IMG/VR virus record: IMGVR_UViG_3300020161_002351
Location: 1 to 48,074 of that record
Source of the DNA: a virus
Taxonomy: Duplodnaviria; Caudoviricetes
DNA: 48,074 nt
Reading direction: 5' to 3' (one strand)
Shown: positions 18,095-28,439 of the stretch, one piece after another
Numbering within the stretch: the stretch's first letter is position 1
Layout of the letters: every line of letters starts with the position of its first letter
Position numbers and translations under genes: made by a program
The notes under the pieces: generated by a model
Databases searched by the model: none
The model's input: the letters and a program-made list of their open reading frames with translations, nothing else
What the model was told of the DNA's origin: nothing

Positions 18095-20551
18095 ATGGCA
18101 AAGAAACGCAAGGGCGGAACTGCGGCGCAAAGAGTTGCTGCAGCAGCTAAGGCTAGGCGTGAAAGAGCAGCCTTTGGCTATAAGGGTTTAGGTGTTGGCA
18201 CTATAGTTGGGCCAAGTATGATACAGGCTGATGAAACAGCACCAGGCCAATTTAAAAATTTGTATGATATGTTTGCTAATCTGGGAGAAGATGTATTTGG
18301 TTTAGGTTCAGATACTCGTGCAAGAACAATTGATGCAATCGGAAGAAATCTTGAAGCACCACTAACAGCAAGTCATCAAGGTTATAGAAGTGTATTTGGT
18401 TCTGTAGACGATCAATTATTAAGATATTCCGAATTCGAAAGAGAATATAGACTAGCAATTCGTAAAGAAATGGCAGAAGGTTTACAACCAACTAAAGCAA
18501 GAACAGCCATATTAGAAGCAGCGCTTTCAGAAGATGCTCCAATAGACCTACAACTTATAAGCAGTAGACAAGCTCGAGATAACTTAAGGGAAATGTTCAA
18601 TACTAGAGTATTAAGAACAAGACAATTAATAGCAAACGTCGGATTGCCTGGACTATATACTCCTTCAACAAACCCATCAAGAGTTACATCTAAATATATA
18701 GCATCAACAGCTGAAGGCTATGAACCAATGTTAGATATTATTCAGGGAGCAACATTTTCAATTGATCCAAACGCAGCAGTAGGAAAAAACACAACTCCAA
18801 TTCAATCACTTGGAATAGGTATGACTAACCTTCCTCCTACTAAGACTCTTAGAGGAAACGTTGCAAGAGGTGGACGACTAACTCTAAAAGATGTACCAGA
18901 CGGTACTATTGTAAGTTTTTCGGACTTAGAAACTGATGATGTAACTAATTCATCTTTAATGAGATCACAAGGATCAGAAAACTACAGAGTTAGTCATGGG
19001 TCTCTTGGTGATACATCCATAAAAAGAGTACCAGGAGTCTACAATCAAGAACCAACAGTTTCAATAATAACTCCAAGCCTAAAAGGACTTCCTTCAACTG
19101 ATCCACGCGATTTAAATAGAGTAACCGACTTTGCTACTGGCACAATAGCCAGAGAAGCCGGAGATGCATCTAATATAAATAGAGTTTTTGATATAACAAC
19201 AGAACAAGGAAGAGTGCAAGCAGCAGATCATTTTATTGGACAATTAAAAAGATATAATGCAGACGCACAAATTCACGCAGGATATAACTCACTAGCTTTC
19301 GACATACCCAAGTATGCTCAAACGCTAAGATCTATTCCTGAATTTCTAAAAGCAGGAGGAGACGATTTACTAAAAGAATTTGAGAAAAAGACCGCAACTG
19401 GAGGAGCTATTGATGTTCTAGGATTAGTAAGAGAACACTTGGCTAATCAAACAGCTGCAACAATATCTTCATCCACAGTTTCTGTTGAACAAAAAGCAGC
19501 AATAGCTACACAAGGTCTAATGTCTCCACAAGCATTACATAGAACGCGAGTTGCCGGTGAAGCTGTATCTATTAACAGCTTGGAAAATATAATTGAATCA
19601 ACAAACTTCACAAGATTACTTGCAGAAGGAACAACAGAAGAAAGAGAACTTTTAGAAACATTAGCAACAAGTCAGGCAGCTCACACTTCTGTTGTTGACA
19701 CAAGGGTGACTGCAGCTGTTCTTGGAAACTTAGAAAAAATTAGTCGTAATGATTTAACTGACGGAATTGATTTAAGTGGTCTTAGCCCAGAATCTGCACT
19801 TTTGGTTAGGAGAGCAATAAGAAATATTCCGGCGTCTAGAGCTATAACCATGACAACAAACCTTGCTGACGTAAGAACATTAACTTCATCAGTATTTGAT
19901 CATTTAACACAAACAGATGCTCTTAGAAGGGTTGAATTAGATATAGCTGATTTTGGTACAGAATTCGCAGATCCTGCATTAAGTGGTTTAACTGGAACTA
20001 TAAAGTTTGATCCACAATCACGTTCATTTAGACTTTTTTCTGGCACAGAAGCTTTACCTCAAGATTTGCCAGCTGGTTTTGATGCACCAGCTTATATTAA
20101 AGGCGTTTTGCAACGCGAAAGAGCATTGCCTGCTGGTGCCACTCTACCAAACGCCCAAGCTCAAGTTATTTCAACAGGAGTAAGTCCAATTTCAGCTGGA
20201 AACATACATATGACGAATGCATTGATTAGGGATACAAAATCTGTTCCATTAATTGACGCAGTAACTCCAGTAATTAATGACGCTAACGAAGCTCAGTTTA
20301 TTTCAGGAATGACAGCTACAAGAACAAATATAGGTTACCCACACATGCCAGATCCTGGATTGATAGACACATCAATAACTGGACTAATGAGAGGAAGATT
20401 AGATGCCATAGGAGTTGATGTTGGACAAGCTTATATGAAATCTGTTTACGATGCCGGAATCGGCTCCGCATCTATTAATCCAGAAATTAGATCTGCATTT
20501 GTTACCCTATCCGAACTAACATCAGCAAAGGTGCTAGGAATAGACCACTAA
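18095..20551 (+). CDS. large protein with a DEDDh 3'-5' exonuclease-like domain; probably continues into 20575-21786 via a -1 shift
   Basis: SDLET (ExoI), GYNSLAFD (ExoII), HTSVVD (ExoIII). Confidence 0.55.
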   Translation: MAKKRKGGTAAQRVAAAAKARRERAAFGYKGLGVGTIVGPSMIQADETAPGQFKNLYDMFANLGEDVFGLGSDTRARTIDAIGRNLEAPLTASHQGYRSVFGSVDDQLLRYSEFEREYRLAIRKEMAEGLQPTKARTAILEAALSEDAPIDLQLISSRQARDNLREMFNTRVLRTRQLIANVGLPGLYTPSTNPSRVTSKYIASTAEGYEPMLDIIQGATFSIDPNAAVGKNTTPIQSLGIGMTNLPPTKTLRGNVARGGRLTLKDVPDGTIVSFSDLETDDVTNSSLMRSQGSENYRVSHGSLGDTSIKRVPGVYNQEPTVSIITPSLKGLPSTDPRDLNRVTDFATGTIAREAGDASNINRVFDITTEQGRVQAADHFIGQLKRYNADAQIHAGYNSLAFDIPKYAQTLRSIPEFLKAGGDDLLKEFEKKTATGGAIDVLGLVREHLANQTAATISSSTVSVEQKAAIATQGLMSPQALHRTRVAGEAVSINSLENIIESTNFTRLLAEGTTEERELLETLATSQAAHTSVVDTRVTAAVLGNLEKISRNDLTDGIDLSGLSPESALLVRRAIRNIPASRAITMTTNLADVRTLTSSVFDHLTQTDALRRVELDIADFGTEFADPALSGLTGTIKFDPQSRSFRLFSGTEALPQDLPAGFDAPAYIKGVLQRERALPAGATLPNAQAQVISTGVSPISAGNIHMTNALIRDTKSVPLIDAVTPVINDANEAQFISGMTATRTNIGYPHMPDPGLIDTSITGLMRGRLDAIGVDVGQAYMKSVYDAGIGSASINPEIRSAFVTLSELTSAKVLGIDH

Positions 20552-20574
20552 TTGCACAGGCCTTAGGTGTTGCA

Positions 20575-21786
20575 GTGGATGACACAAGAGTTTCGGTTTT
20601 ATCAGACAGATTGAGTGATACAATGAAATTTTTTGGAGACACAGGAATATTTCATGCTGGAACTCAAAAGAAATTAGTAGTAGATGAGAGCGTGGTGTTA
20701 CTCCCATCATCAATGTTGTCAAAAGTGCAAACCCTAAATTCAATGGAACAAAAAGTAAGTATGACAGATGAATCGGTTATTGGATTAAAAACTCATTCGG
20801 TAAGAGTATCTGAGGTAACTAGAAGAGCTGAAGGTAAAAATCCAACTGTAAACTTGATACTTGGCGGAGATGTAGTCAGAGGAAGTGGTGAAATACAAAA
20901 AAGAAGAGCTTTAATAGAAGCAGAATCAATTTTTGAAGTTGTATCTCAACAACTTACGAAAACAAGAACACCAGAAGCTATGATAGAAGCTGGTTTGGTT
21001 GAAGCTGGGCCACAAGCTAGAGATCAAGCTTTACAACTTTTGTCTCAGTTTGGAGAAGATCAACGTGACACAACTATAAAAACATTATCTCAAACTATAC
21101 AAAGATCAGGAATCGGCTTTGCATCAATACTGCCAGAAGATGGATCTCAAAAAATTGTAGATGTATTAAATGTTGTTGCACAAGGAACAAATAACGATAC
21201 TGTGGCTTCTCTGAAGGGTTTGCAATACTCAATTGCAAATATATCTGAAGAAGGTGTAACCCTAGCTCCTAGAATGTCTGATGACGCTTTGAGGGAGGCA
21301 AAAAGATTAGGAACAAATGTTGGGCAAGATATAGTGACTAGAAGTAGTGCAACTTCACAACTTGGCTTATTGCAAGCGGGAATTAGAAGAGCTGACGAAG
21401 AACCAAAGTTTTTGGATAGATTAAGAACAGCATACGAAAGTGCTGGCTCAGGCAAGAATCAAGATTTGTTAGAAAGATTAAAAGTTATTAAACCAAGAGT
21501 ATATAAATCAGTAGGAGCTGTAGCTGCGCTAAGTGCGGGTTACTATTTAGCTACAAGGAAAGCTAAATCAGATCCAATAGATGAAGTAATGGAACAACAG
21601 CCATTGGAACCACAAGGTCCAATGTCAATAAGTGACTTTAATAGAATAGATCAATCAATGGCACGTCAAAGTTCTTCAAGAAGAGATCCGTTAGTTACAG
21701 CTGGAGTTGTAGGAAATTTAGATAGAAATAAAGTAAACCATACCCAAATGGGCGCAAATAAATATAATCACTTATACGGAGCATAA
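20575..21786 (+). CDS. C-terminal part of the preceding protein, or a separate virion protein
   Basis: frame is open from about 20491; GTG start lacks a clear RBS; hydrophobic VGAVAALSAGYYLA near the C-terminus. Confidence 0.55.
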   Translation: MDDTRVSVLSDRLSDTMKFFGDTGIFHAGTQKKLVVDESVVLLPSSMLSKVQTLNSMEQKVSMTDESVIGLKTHSVRVSEVTRRAEGKNPTVNLILGGDVVRGSGEIQKRRALIEAESIFEVVSQQLTKTRTPEAMIEAGLVEAGPQARDQALQLLSQFGEDQRDTTIKTLSQTIQRSGIGFASILPEDGSQKIVDVLNVVAQGTNNDTVASLKGLQYSIANISEEGVTLAPRMSDDALREAKRLGTNVGQDIVTRSSATSQLGLLQAGIRRADEEPKFLDRLRTAYESAGSGKNQDLLERLKVIKPRVYKSVGAVAALSAGYYLATRKAKSDPIDEVMEQQPLEPQGPMSISDFNRIDQSMARQSSSRRDPLVTAGVVGNLDRNKVNHTQMGANKYNHLYGA

Positions 21787-21788
21787 AA

Positions 21789-22430
21789 ATGTCAATCCTT
21801 AATCGAGCAGGAAAAGTAGTAAGTCAAGCCTCTGGATTTAGTGGTATGGGCACAGCTGGTAAAGTAGGTGTAGGAGCTCTATTGGCTGGAATGGGAATAA
21901 AAGGATTCTATGATCAGGTAGCTCCAGCTACAATAAACGCTGGTATGGATGTTGCTTTTGGCGATCCACAAGCAGATCGAAAAGTATTAGGAACTGACTT
22001 AACTCCATCTTTACTGTATGGAGCGTCAGGATTACCTGGAGCAGACTACGCTAGAATGATAAATCCATCAAAGTATGGTTTAGGTGGTAAAAGTGGACCA
22101 ATTAAGAATACTGCAAGAAGTGCTGCAGTTGGTGGCTTTCTGGGGGGTGCAGCAGGCACTGCTATTGTAGCAGGTGCTGCACGTGCAGCACGAAGTCCAG
22201 TAAATCCCGCACAACTTATGAAAAAGGGAGCTAAAGGAGCAGCTATTGGAGCAGCTATCGGAGGAGCAGTAGGCTTATTCGGAACTGTTTCTAGTACGGC
22301 AATGACTGCAAATGCCAACAGGCAAATAATGACTCAATCACCATTTTACAATCAGTCTGCACTTAACGCCGAAAGATTAAATGCAAGCGGAAATATAGTT
22401 CTAGGTATGCATAACCAGAGGAGGGGCTAA
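21789..22430 (+). CDS. Gly/Ala-rich protein, candidate ejection or internal virion protein
   Basis: glycine-zipper segments GGFLGGAAG and GAAIGAAIGGAVG. Confidence 0.6.
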   Translation: MSILNRAGKVVSQASGFSGMGTAGKVGVGALLAGMGIKGFYDQVAPATINAGMDVAFGDPQADRKVLGTDLTPSLLYGASGLPGADYARMINPSKYGLGGKSGPIKNTARSAAVGGFLGGAAGTAIVAGAARAARSPVNPAQLMKKGAKGAAIGAAIGGAVGLFGTVSSTAMTANANRQIMTQSPFYNQSALNAERLNASGNIVLGMHNQRRG

Positions 22431-24001
22431 TGTCCGATATGGGCATGGACCCAGGTGCGCAACAGCCACCAGACTTAAGTAGTCCATATGACTTTGCTAT
22501 GTTCACGCCTGGAATCATGCAGTCCGCCTTAATTAACTCTAGACGCTATGGCAACACAATGCTCAATGGCGGTTTCCACGACGTTGCTGGTGTTGGTAAT
22601 GCTCGTCAATTAGCTAGAGCTAAAAAATTTGGTGGAGTTGTAAATGGCCAAATGCACATACCGGGTGGTCCATCATCATTTTTGGGTGGAACAAGTAGAA
22701 GTCCATATAACATATCGCCATTTTTTTCAAAAAGAGCAGCTAAAGCATCAGCAGCTGGTAAAACAGCGATGGCAAATCCAGCTAGGATTAACAACTTAAA
22801 TCCAAGATCAATAAATAGGCTTAACAGTGTTGCCGCACTTGGTGGTGGGGATATAAAAGGAGCATATAATCCTTTTCAAGTTTTTAGTGGTGGAGTAAAC
22901 TCTATTGCTGGAAAGTTATCAAAAAATGAAGGCTTTAGAAAAGCAATGGGTCTTGCGGATGATTTCGATCCAAAAACAGATAGAGCTTTTACTGGTGGCG
23001 TATTAGGTAGAATTGACACATTAAATAAAATAAACAATATAGAAAAAACTATTGGAGTAGGTCAAAGAACAATTGATAGTGGTGGAGCGTTAAAAGGAAG
23101 AGCACAAAAAAGATTTATAAGAGCTCAAGCACAAAGAGCAAATATAATAAGTAACATAGGCCAAGTGCAAAGCGCAGCTAACCCAGCAATGAATACAATA
23201 ATTAATGGACCAGCAGTTAACGCTGCAGCAAAATCCGCAAGAGCAGCTGCTAGAGTTGCGCCACTTGGCGCAGGGGTTCACGGTCCAGCTATGGCAAGTG
23301 AAGTAAGGGCAGCAGTAAGAGCAGCTGGAAGAGGCGCAGTGACAGCTGGAAATGCAGCAGCTGCAACTAACGCAGCAGCAATAGCTGCAAACCCATCAAG
23401 AGCAGTTGCCTCAACTATGACCAGAGGAGTTTTGAGCAACAGAATAACAACCGCCTATAACGGTATTTTAAATGCCGGTGATATGACCAGAGGACAAAGA
23501 GCTGTGACTACAAGAGTTGCACGAGCATTAGGTGGCAAAGTTGGTGTTGCTCAGTATATGGATGATTTTGGCAAAGCCGGAAAATATGCAGGAAATGCTA
23601 TAGCAAGAGGTAAAGGCGGCACCAAGATGATGAGTATGGCTGCGCAATATGCTAGATCTGGCGGAAGTAGAGTAATTGCAGCAAAAATGGGAGCAATGGG
23701 TGCAACAAGACTTGGTGGCGCAGCATTAGGACCACTTAACGTGTTAGCCACCGGACAATTGTTGTATGATATAGGTAAGGGTATTGGTAAAATGGCAGTT
23801 GGCGGAATAAACTTCGCCAAAGACGCTATGAAGTCAATGCAAGGAACTATTAATAAACCAATGTTTGGTGCAGGATTTAAAGACAACGAAGTAGCAGCAA
23901 CTTCAAGATCTAGAGGTGTTATGGCAATTCAAAACTCAAGGCTTAATGCACGAAGCTTACTTGGATCTGAGGCCGGTATGATGGCATCTCATTTTGGATA
24001 A
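22430..24001 (+). CDS. basic Gly/Ala-rich protein, candidate ejection or internal virion protein
   Basis: 523 aa dominated by A/G/R; coupled to both neighbours. Confidence 0.6.
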   Translation: MSDMGMDPGAQQPPDLSSPYDFAMFTPGIMQSALINSRRYGNTMLNGGFHDVAGVGNARQLARAKKFGGVVNGQMHIPGGPSSFLGGTSRSPYNISPFFSKRAAKASAAGKTAMANPARINNLNPRSINRLNSVAALGGGDIKGAYNPFQVFSGGVNSIAGKLSKNEGFRKAMGLADDFDPKTDRAFTGGVLGRIDTLNKINNIEKTIGVGQRTIDSGGALKGRAQKRFIRAQAQRANIISNIGQVQSAANPAMNTIINGPAVNAAAKSARAAARVAPLGAGVHGPAMASEVRAAVRAAGRGAVTAGNAAAATNAAAIAANPSRAVASTMTRGVLSNRITTAYNGILNAGDMTRGQRAVTTRVARALGGKVGVAQYMDDFGKAGKYAGNAIARGKGGTKMMSMAAQYARSGGSRVIAAKMGAMGATRLGGAALGPLNVLATGQLLYDIGKGIGKMAVGGINFAKDAMKSMQGTINKPMFGAGFKDNEVAATSRSRGVMAIQNSRLNARSLLGSEAGMMASHFG

Positions 24002-24004
24002 TTT

Positions 24005-25882
24005 ATGAACTCTTTGCAAAGTAAAACAATAGCATTTAGAAAATCATTAGAAAAACTTTCTAGAGAAGATTTAATTGAAATTATCAAAGATCAAGATATT
24101 GAAACATTCAAACAAATAAATAGAATTGAATGGGTATTCAAAAATAAATTAAATCATCTTAATTGGTCTAGCGGTGAACCAATTATAGAAAGACCATTAA
24201 CAAATAAAGAATTAGCACTTTTAGTTGATGAGCCTTTTGAACTAGATCTTGAATTACTAGATTTGGGAATTTCTGCAGAACAACAAAGACAAATACATAT
24301 AGCTAAAGATCCTTGCATTTGGGCTAGACAATTTCTTGAAGCAGAAACCAGAGTTTATCAAACTTTGATTCTCCGTGATCCAGCAGTAAGAAAAGTTCTT
24401 AGAGCTGGTCGTCGTCTTGGCAAAACTTTTAGTATGGCAATTGCACTGATTCATTATAGCTACACGCACAAAGACGGAAGATGTCTTGTTATTGCACCAA
24501 TGAAATCACACGTTGAATTGATTTATCAAGAAATTTTAAGACTTGCTTCTAAGAATGAAATTGTTACAAATTCAATAGTAAGAAAAGTAACAAGCCCTCA
24601 ATTTATGATTCAATTTACTAATGGATCAACAATTCGATTCTTTACATCAGGCATGCGCTCAGGCGGCAAATCAGACGTAGCTCGTGGTCAGGAAGCACAC
24701 ATGATTGTGCTAGACGAAATGGACTATATGCATGCAGACGACTTAGATGCACTTTACGCAATGCTTCAGAAAACAGCAGAAGATCAACCTGATAAAGTTT
24801 TGATTGGCGCCTCTACTCCAACTGGTAGAAGAGAAAGATTCTGGGAATGGTGCAGAAGCGAAAGATTTAAAGAGTTTTGGTTTCCGTCTTATTGCAACCC
24901 ATACTTTTCTAAAGATCAAGAAGATGAATTTAGAGAACAATATTCAGAAATTGGATATAGGCACGAAATTGAAGCTGACTGGGGCGAAGATGCGGAAGGT
25001 GTTTATCCTAGAAAGTATGTTGATAAAGCATTTATGGAACCAGGCTGGGATTACCACCCTGAACTTACTTCAGCAAGAAGCTTTCATACAATAGGTGTTG
25101 ACTGGGACAAATATGGAGCTGGAACTAATATAGTTGTTTTAGAAGCTTGTTCTGACAGTTATGAAGAAGAGAGATTTAGAAACAAGGTAAAAATTTGCTA
25201 CAGAGAAGAAATACCTAGATCAGAATATACTTTGACTAAAGCTGTATCTAGAATAGTCGAGCTTAACAATATCTTTAAACCAAAACACATTTATGTTGAC
25301 AGAGGCTATGGAGAAGTCCAAGTCGAACTTCTACATAAATACGGTGTAGAAAATCCTATGAGTGGATTAAAAGAAAGAGTCAAAGGCGTTAGCTTTAGCG
25401 AAACTATAGATGTTAAAGACCCATATACAAAACAAAATGTTAAAAAAGAAATTAAACCGTACATGGTTGACAACCTTAGGCAATATCTAGAAAAAGAAGT
25501 TTTAGCTATCTCTGAAAGAGACGCAGAAATATATATGCAGTTGATTTCCTACGTTGTTGTAAGAACTACGCAAACCGGAAGACCTGTATTTGAAGCTGGT
25601 GGTTCAGCAGTAGATCACGCGCACGATGCTTTAATACTAGCGCTTTTGGCTATTACAGAAAACTACAGCGACCTACACAAGGCTCGTTTTGCTTCAAGAA
25701 CAGAATCGTTTTCTAATACTTTTTTCATGCCAAAGCCAGTAAACGATAATGATGACGATAAAGATGATAAAATAGGAACTGGTTTAACTGGAAGAGCAGA
25801 TAAACTTATGCCACAAAAATTTGGTTATAAAAAATCTTTTGGTGGCAGATCTAATTCAAAGATTAAAAGAAAGACATTCTAA
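24005..25882 (+). CDS. terL: terminase large subunit
   Basis: AGRRLGKT Walker A, IVLDE Walker B, ASTP coupling motif, GVDWD and DHAHDA nuclease motifs. Confidence 0.92.
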   Translation: MNSLQSKTIAFRKSLEKLSREDLIEIIKDQDIETFKQINRIEWVFKNKLNHLNWSSGEPIIERPLTNKELALLVDEPFELDLELLDLGISAEQQRQIHIAKDPCIWARQFLEAETRVYQTLILRDPAVRKVLRAGRRLGKTFSMAIALIHYSYTHKDGRCLVIAPMKSHVELIYQEILRLASKNEIVTNSIVRKVTSPQFMIQFTNGSTIRFFTSGMRSGGKSDVARGQEAHMIVLDEMDYMHADDLDALYAMLQKTAEDQPDKVLIGASTPTGRRERFWEWCRSERFKEFWFPSYCNPYFSKDQEDEFREQYSEIGYRHEIEADWGEDAEGVYPRKYVDKAFMEPGWDYHPELTSARSFHTIGVDWDKYGAGTNIVVLEACSDSYEEERFRNKVKICYREEIPRSEYTLTKAVSRIVELNNIFKPKHIYVDRGYGEVQVELLHKYGVENPMSGLKERVKGVSFSETIDVKDPYTKQNVKKEIKPYMVDNLRQYLEKEVLAISERDAEIYMQLISYVVVRTTQTGRPVFEAGGSAVDHAHDALILALLAITENYSDLHKARFASRTESFSNTFFMPKPVNDNDDDKDDKIGTGLTGRADKLMPQKFGYKKSFGGRSNSKIKRKTF

Positions 25883-27456
25883 TGGCACAATATGGCTTAG
25901 GGCAAAGTAATCCTGTAGAAAATGTATTTGCTGATACAGCAAATGAGTCATCAAGCCTTCTTTCACTTGGAGCCAGGAATTCTGTAAACAATATGTATGG
26001 AAATAACACTCCAGACACAAGGTATATAACAACCTTATCTCAGCCAGCAATTTCGGAAGTAAGAAACAATGTTTATTATTGTGAATCTATTATCACTCAA
26101 TTATTAAAAGAGATAGAATCAAACCTTGACCAAGTAAATATTAATGCGTATTGCAATATTGATTTAGAGAATTCACACAAGGCTGTGTGGCAAGATGCCT
26201 TAAAGCATAATGAAAAAGCTAGCTTACTTTCTTTTCCAAATTTTATTCCATATACAGAATATCAATTTGCATCTAAACATCTTTGTAGATCTTGTAGAGA
26301 ATTAATTAAGCAGTACGATTTAACAATAAATTACACATCTTTTGGTCATTTGGCGGAAACTAAAAAAGTATTGTCATATTTAAGAAATGAAATATTAACA
26401 ATTAAAAATATAGTTACACATCAATTTGGGGAGGAATATAGAGATGAAACAGAAGGCGAAATTGCAAGGCACTTATCCGACTGGGCAAAGACAGCAATCC
26501 ACTATACGAAACAGCTTGCCAAGGAAATCACAGACCCGCCCACATCAATTCCCCAATCCGAATTGGATCAAGTCTCTAAAAAACAAGCAGCCCAGTTCCA
26601 AGCTTTTTTTTCGATCAAAATAAACTCTTATATATCAGAAATACAATCATTATCCAATGGACTAAAAAGGGATACTGTAGATACCTGTAGCGTATTCTAT
26701 TCAAATTTTTTATTACCAGCTCTTAGTTTTAAATCAAAAGTTGTAGAACCGTTGATGTTAGATTTTACAACTACATCAATAGGAAACGAATGCCCAACTC
26801 TATTAGGCGAAATTATTGTAGCAAGAAACTCTATAACAGGAAACTTAGGATCTGTTACTTCCGACTATGTGGAAAGAAGAGTCCAAATGAGCAAAAAGCT
26901 AGACGCTCTTTCTCAAATGATAAGACTTAAAAGAAGATATGTAAACTACATAACACAATTAGAATCTTTAGCCGCGCAAAGAATAAAAGTTCTTGCTACT
27001 GTAGAAACAGAAGAACTAGAAAAGTATAAACAAATATTCTTTGACATTCCTATTGATTCCGAAAAAAGAATGGATCTAAGATCATCTCACGGTGATTTAG
27101 ATGGACTAGACGGAGACGCTCACCCGCAGTATTTGAGAAGAGATGGTGGGACAATCACTGGAGATATTGCTGTAGCTGAAGGGGTGAAGATCGGTGGCAT
27201 AGTAGTGGCAAATCACTCACATTCCGGGATAGACGGATCAATGCCAATTAGCGCGTCTGCCATAGACTACGCATCAGCTAGAGATGATTATTACAATGCA
27301 GCCCTAACTAGCCCATACAGTAATTTAACCTTAACTAATTTAACACAAAGCATTCTGACTGGTGGCGGTGTAATTTTCGATGCTACGTTCGAAGTAGAAA
27401 TAGAAGACGATAAATTAAACTCATATGAGTTTGAAATATTGTATAATGAGGTATAA
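25882..27456 (+). CDS. virion-module protein
   Basis: 524 aa; helical N-terminus; HGDLDGLDGDAHPQYL fibre-type motif. Confidence 0.65.
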   Translation: MAQYGLGQSNPVENVFADTANESSSLLSLGARNSVNNMYGNNTPDTRYITTLSQPAISEVRNNVYYCESIITQLLKEIESNLDQVNINAYCNIDLENSHKAVWQDALKHNEKASLLSFPNFIPYTEYQFASKHLCRSCRELIKQYDLTINYTSFGHLAETKKVLSYLRNEILTIKNIVTHQFGEEYRDETEGEIARHLSDWAKTAIHYTKQLAKEITDPPTSIPQSELDQVSKKQAAQFQAFFSIKINSYISEIQSLSNGLKRDTVDTCSVFYSNFLLPALSFKSKVVEPLMLDFTTTSIGNECPTLLGEIIVARNSITGNLGSVTSDYVERRVQMSKKLDALSQMIRLKRRYVNYITQLESLAAQRIKVLATVETEELEKYKQIFFDIPIDSEKRMDLRSSHGDLDGLDGDAHPQYLRRDGGTITGDIAVAEGVKIGGIVVANHSHSGIDGSMPISASAIDYASARDDYYNAALTSPYSNLTLTNLTQSILTGGGVIFDATFEVEIEDDKLNSYEFEILYNEV

Positions 27457-27458
27457 AT

Positions 27459-28439
27459 ATGACCTGGTTTACTTATACAAAATCTTCAGCAACAATAACT
27501 CCTCCCGTAAGAAGGAAGATAATATTTCCATATCTAAATGAGTATTTAAAAGTTGGAGATTGGCTACAGGTTAATCTTGGTGATTTAGATTTAAATAGAT
27601 ATTATTATTTTGAGGATGGCCTTATTAAGAATAAAGCTGATTCAGATTCTTACGTTGTAGTTTACGAAACCGATACTACGTATACGGTTACTCAAAGCTT
27701 ATTAGTCGGTACTCCATTATTACCTAGCTATAAAAACAACTTATGGTTTAAATCAGCCACAGCTGTTGGCGCAAGTGAAAAACCACTAGGTAATTATTAT
27801 ATCTATTATCACAAAGATGATATACAATATTTAACGTTATCTGGCAATAGCTATGTTGCGACTACTAACCCTGGTGGAGTAAACTTTATAGCAACCGAAA
27901 ACCAAGGCTCGTCTAATAGTGTGAACTTTTTTTCAACCGTAATCACCGGAGATGCTTTGAATTCAAGAATTGCAAGTATAAGTTATTTGGGCGATGTTGG
28001 GATTTGGAATAATAAAAAGAGTTCAACTCCTGGCTCAAAGTTAATGGGATCTTTTTCTGGTCCAGATTTAAAAATATACGCAGAAAAAAGTCCAAGCTCT
28101 GGAATAGCAACTTTAAAAATAGTTAAGATTTCAGCTAATGGAGCTGGTCAAAGCATTATAAAGGAAAATATAGAATTAGATTTGTACGCATCAACAACTC
28201 AGGAAAACCAATTAATATATACGTTTAGTGTTAGTGATCTAAATATGTTTTCAACATATGATGAAATATATGGAGAATTTACTTTTGAAATTGAAGTAAA
28301 ATCAGATAAGAACACAAGCTCTACGGGCAATGATATAAAAATAGAAAATTATTCTTTTTCTAAAAACTACTTGCTACAAATAGATCAAGAAGAAATTAAC
28401 CCAAGCATTTCTTTTAAAACAACTGGTAGTGTAAAATAA
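27459..28439 (+). CDS. beta-rich structural protein
   Basis: 326 aa with GAGG RBS; composition suggests beta structure. Confidence 0.65.
   Translation: MTWFTYTKSSATITPPVRRKIIFPYLNEYLKVGDWLQVNLGDLDLNRYYYFEDGLIKNKADSDSYVVVYETDTTYTVTQSLLVGTPLLPSYKNNLWFKSATAVGASEKPLGNYYIYYHKDDIQYLTLSGNSYVATTNPGGVNFIATENQGSSNSVNFFSTVITGDALNSRIASISYLGDVGIWNNKKSSTPGSKLMGSFSGPDLKIYAEKSPSSGIATLKIVKISANGAGQSIIKENIELDLYASTTQENQLIYTFSVSDLNMFSTYDEIYGEFTFEIEVKSDKNTSSTGNDIKIENYSFSKNYLLQIDQEEINPSISFKTTGSVK

Noticed and set aside
27088-27120. GDLDGLDGD as an RNA polymerase catalytic motif
   Set aside because: It lies within an H..L.GL..D.HPQY fibre-type motif with no surrounding polymerase motifs.
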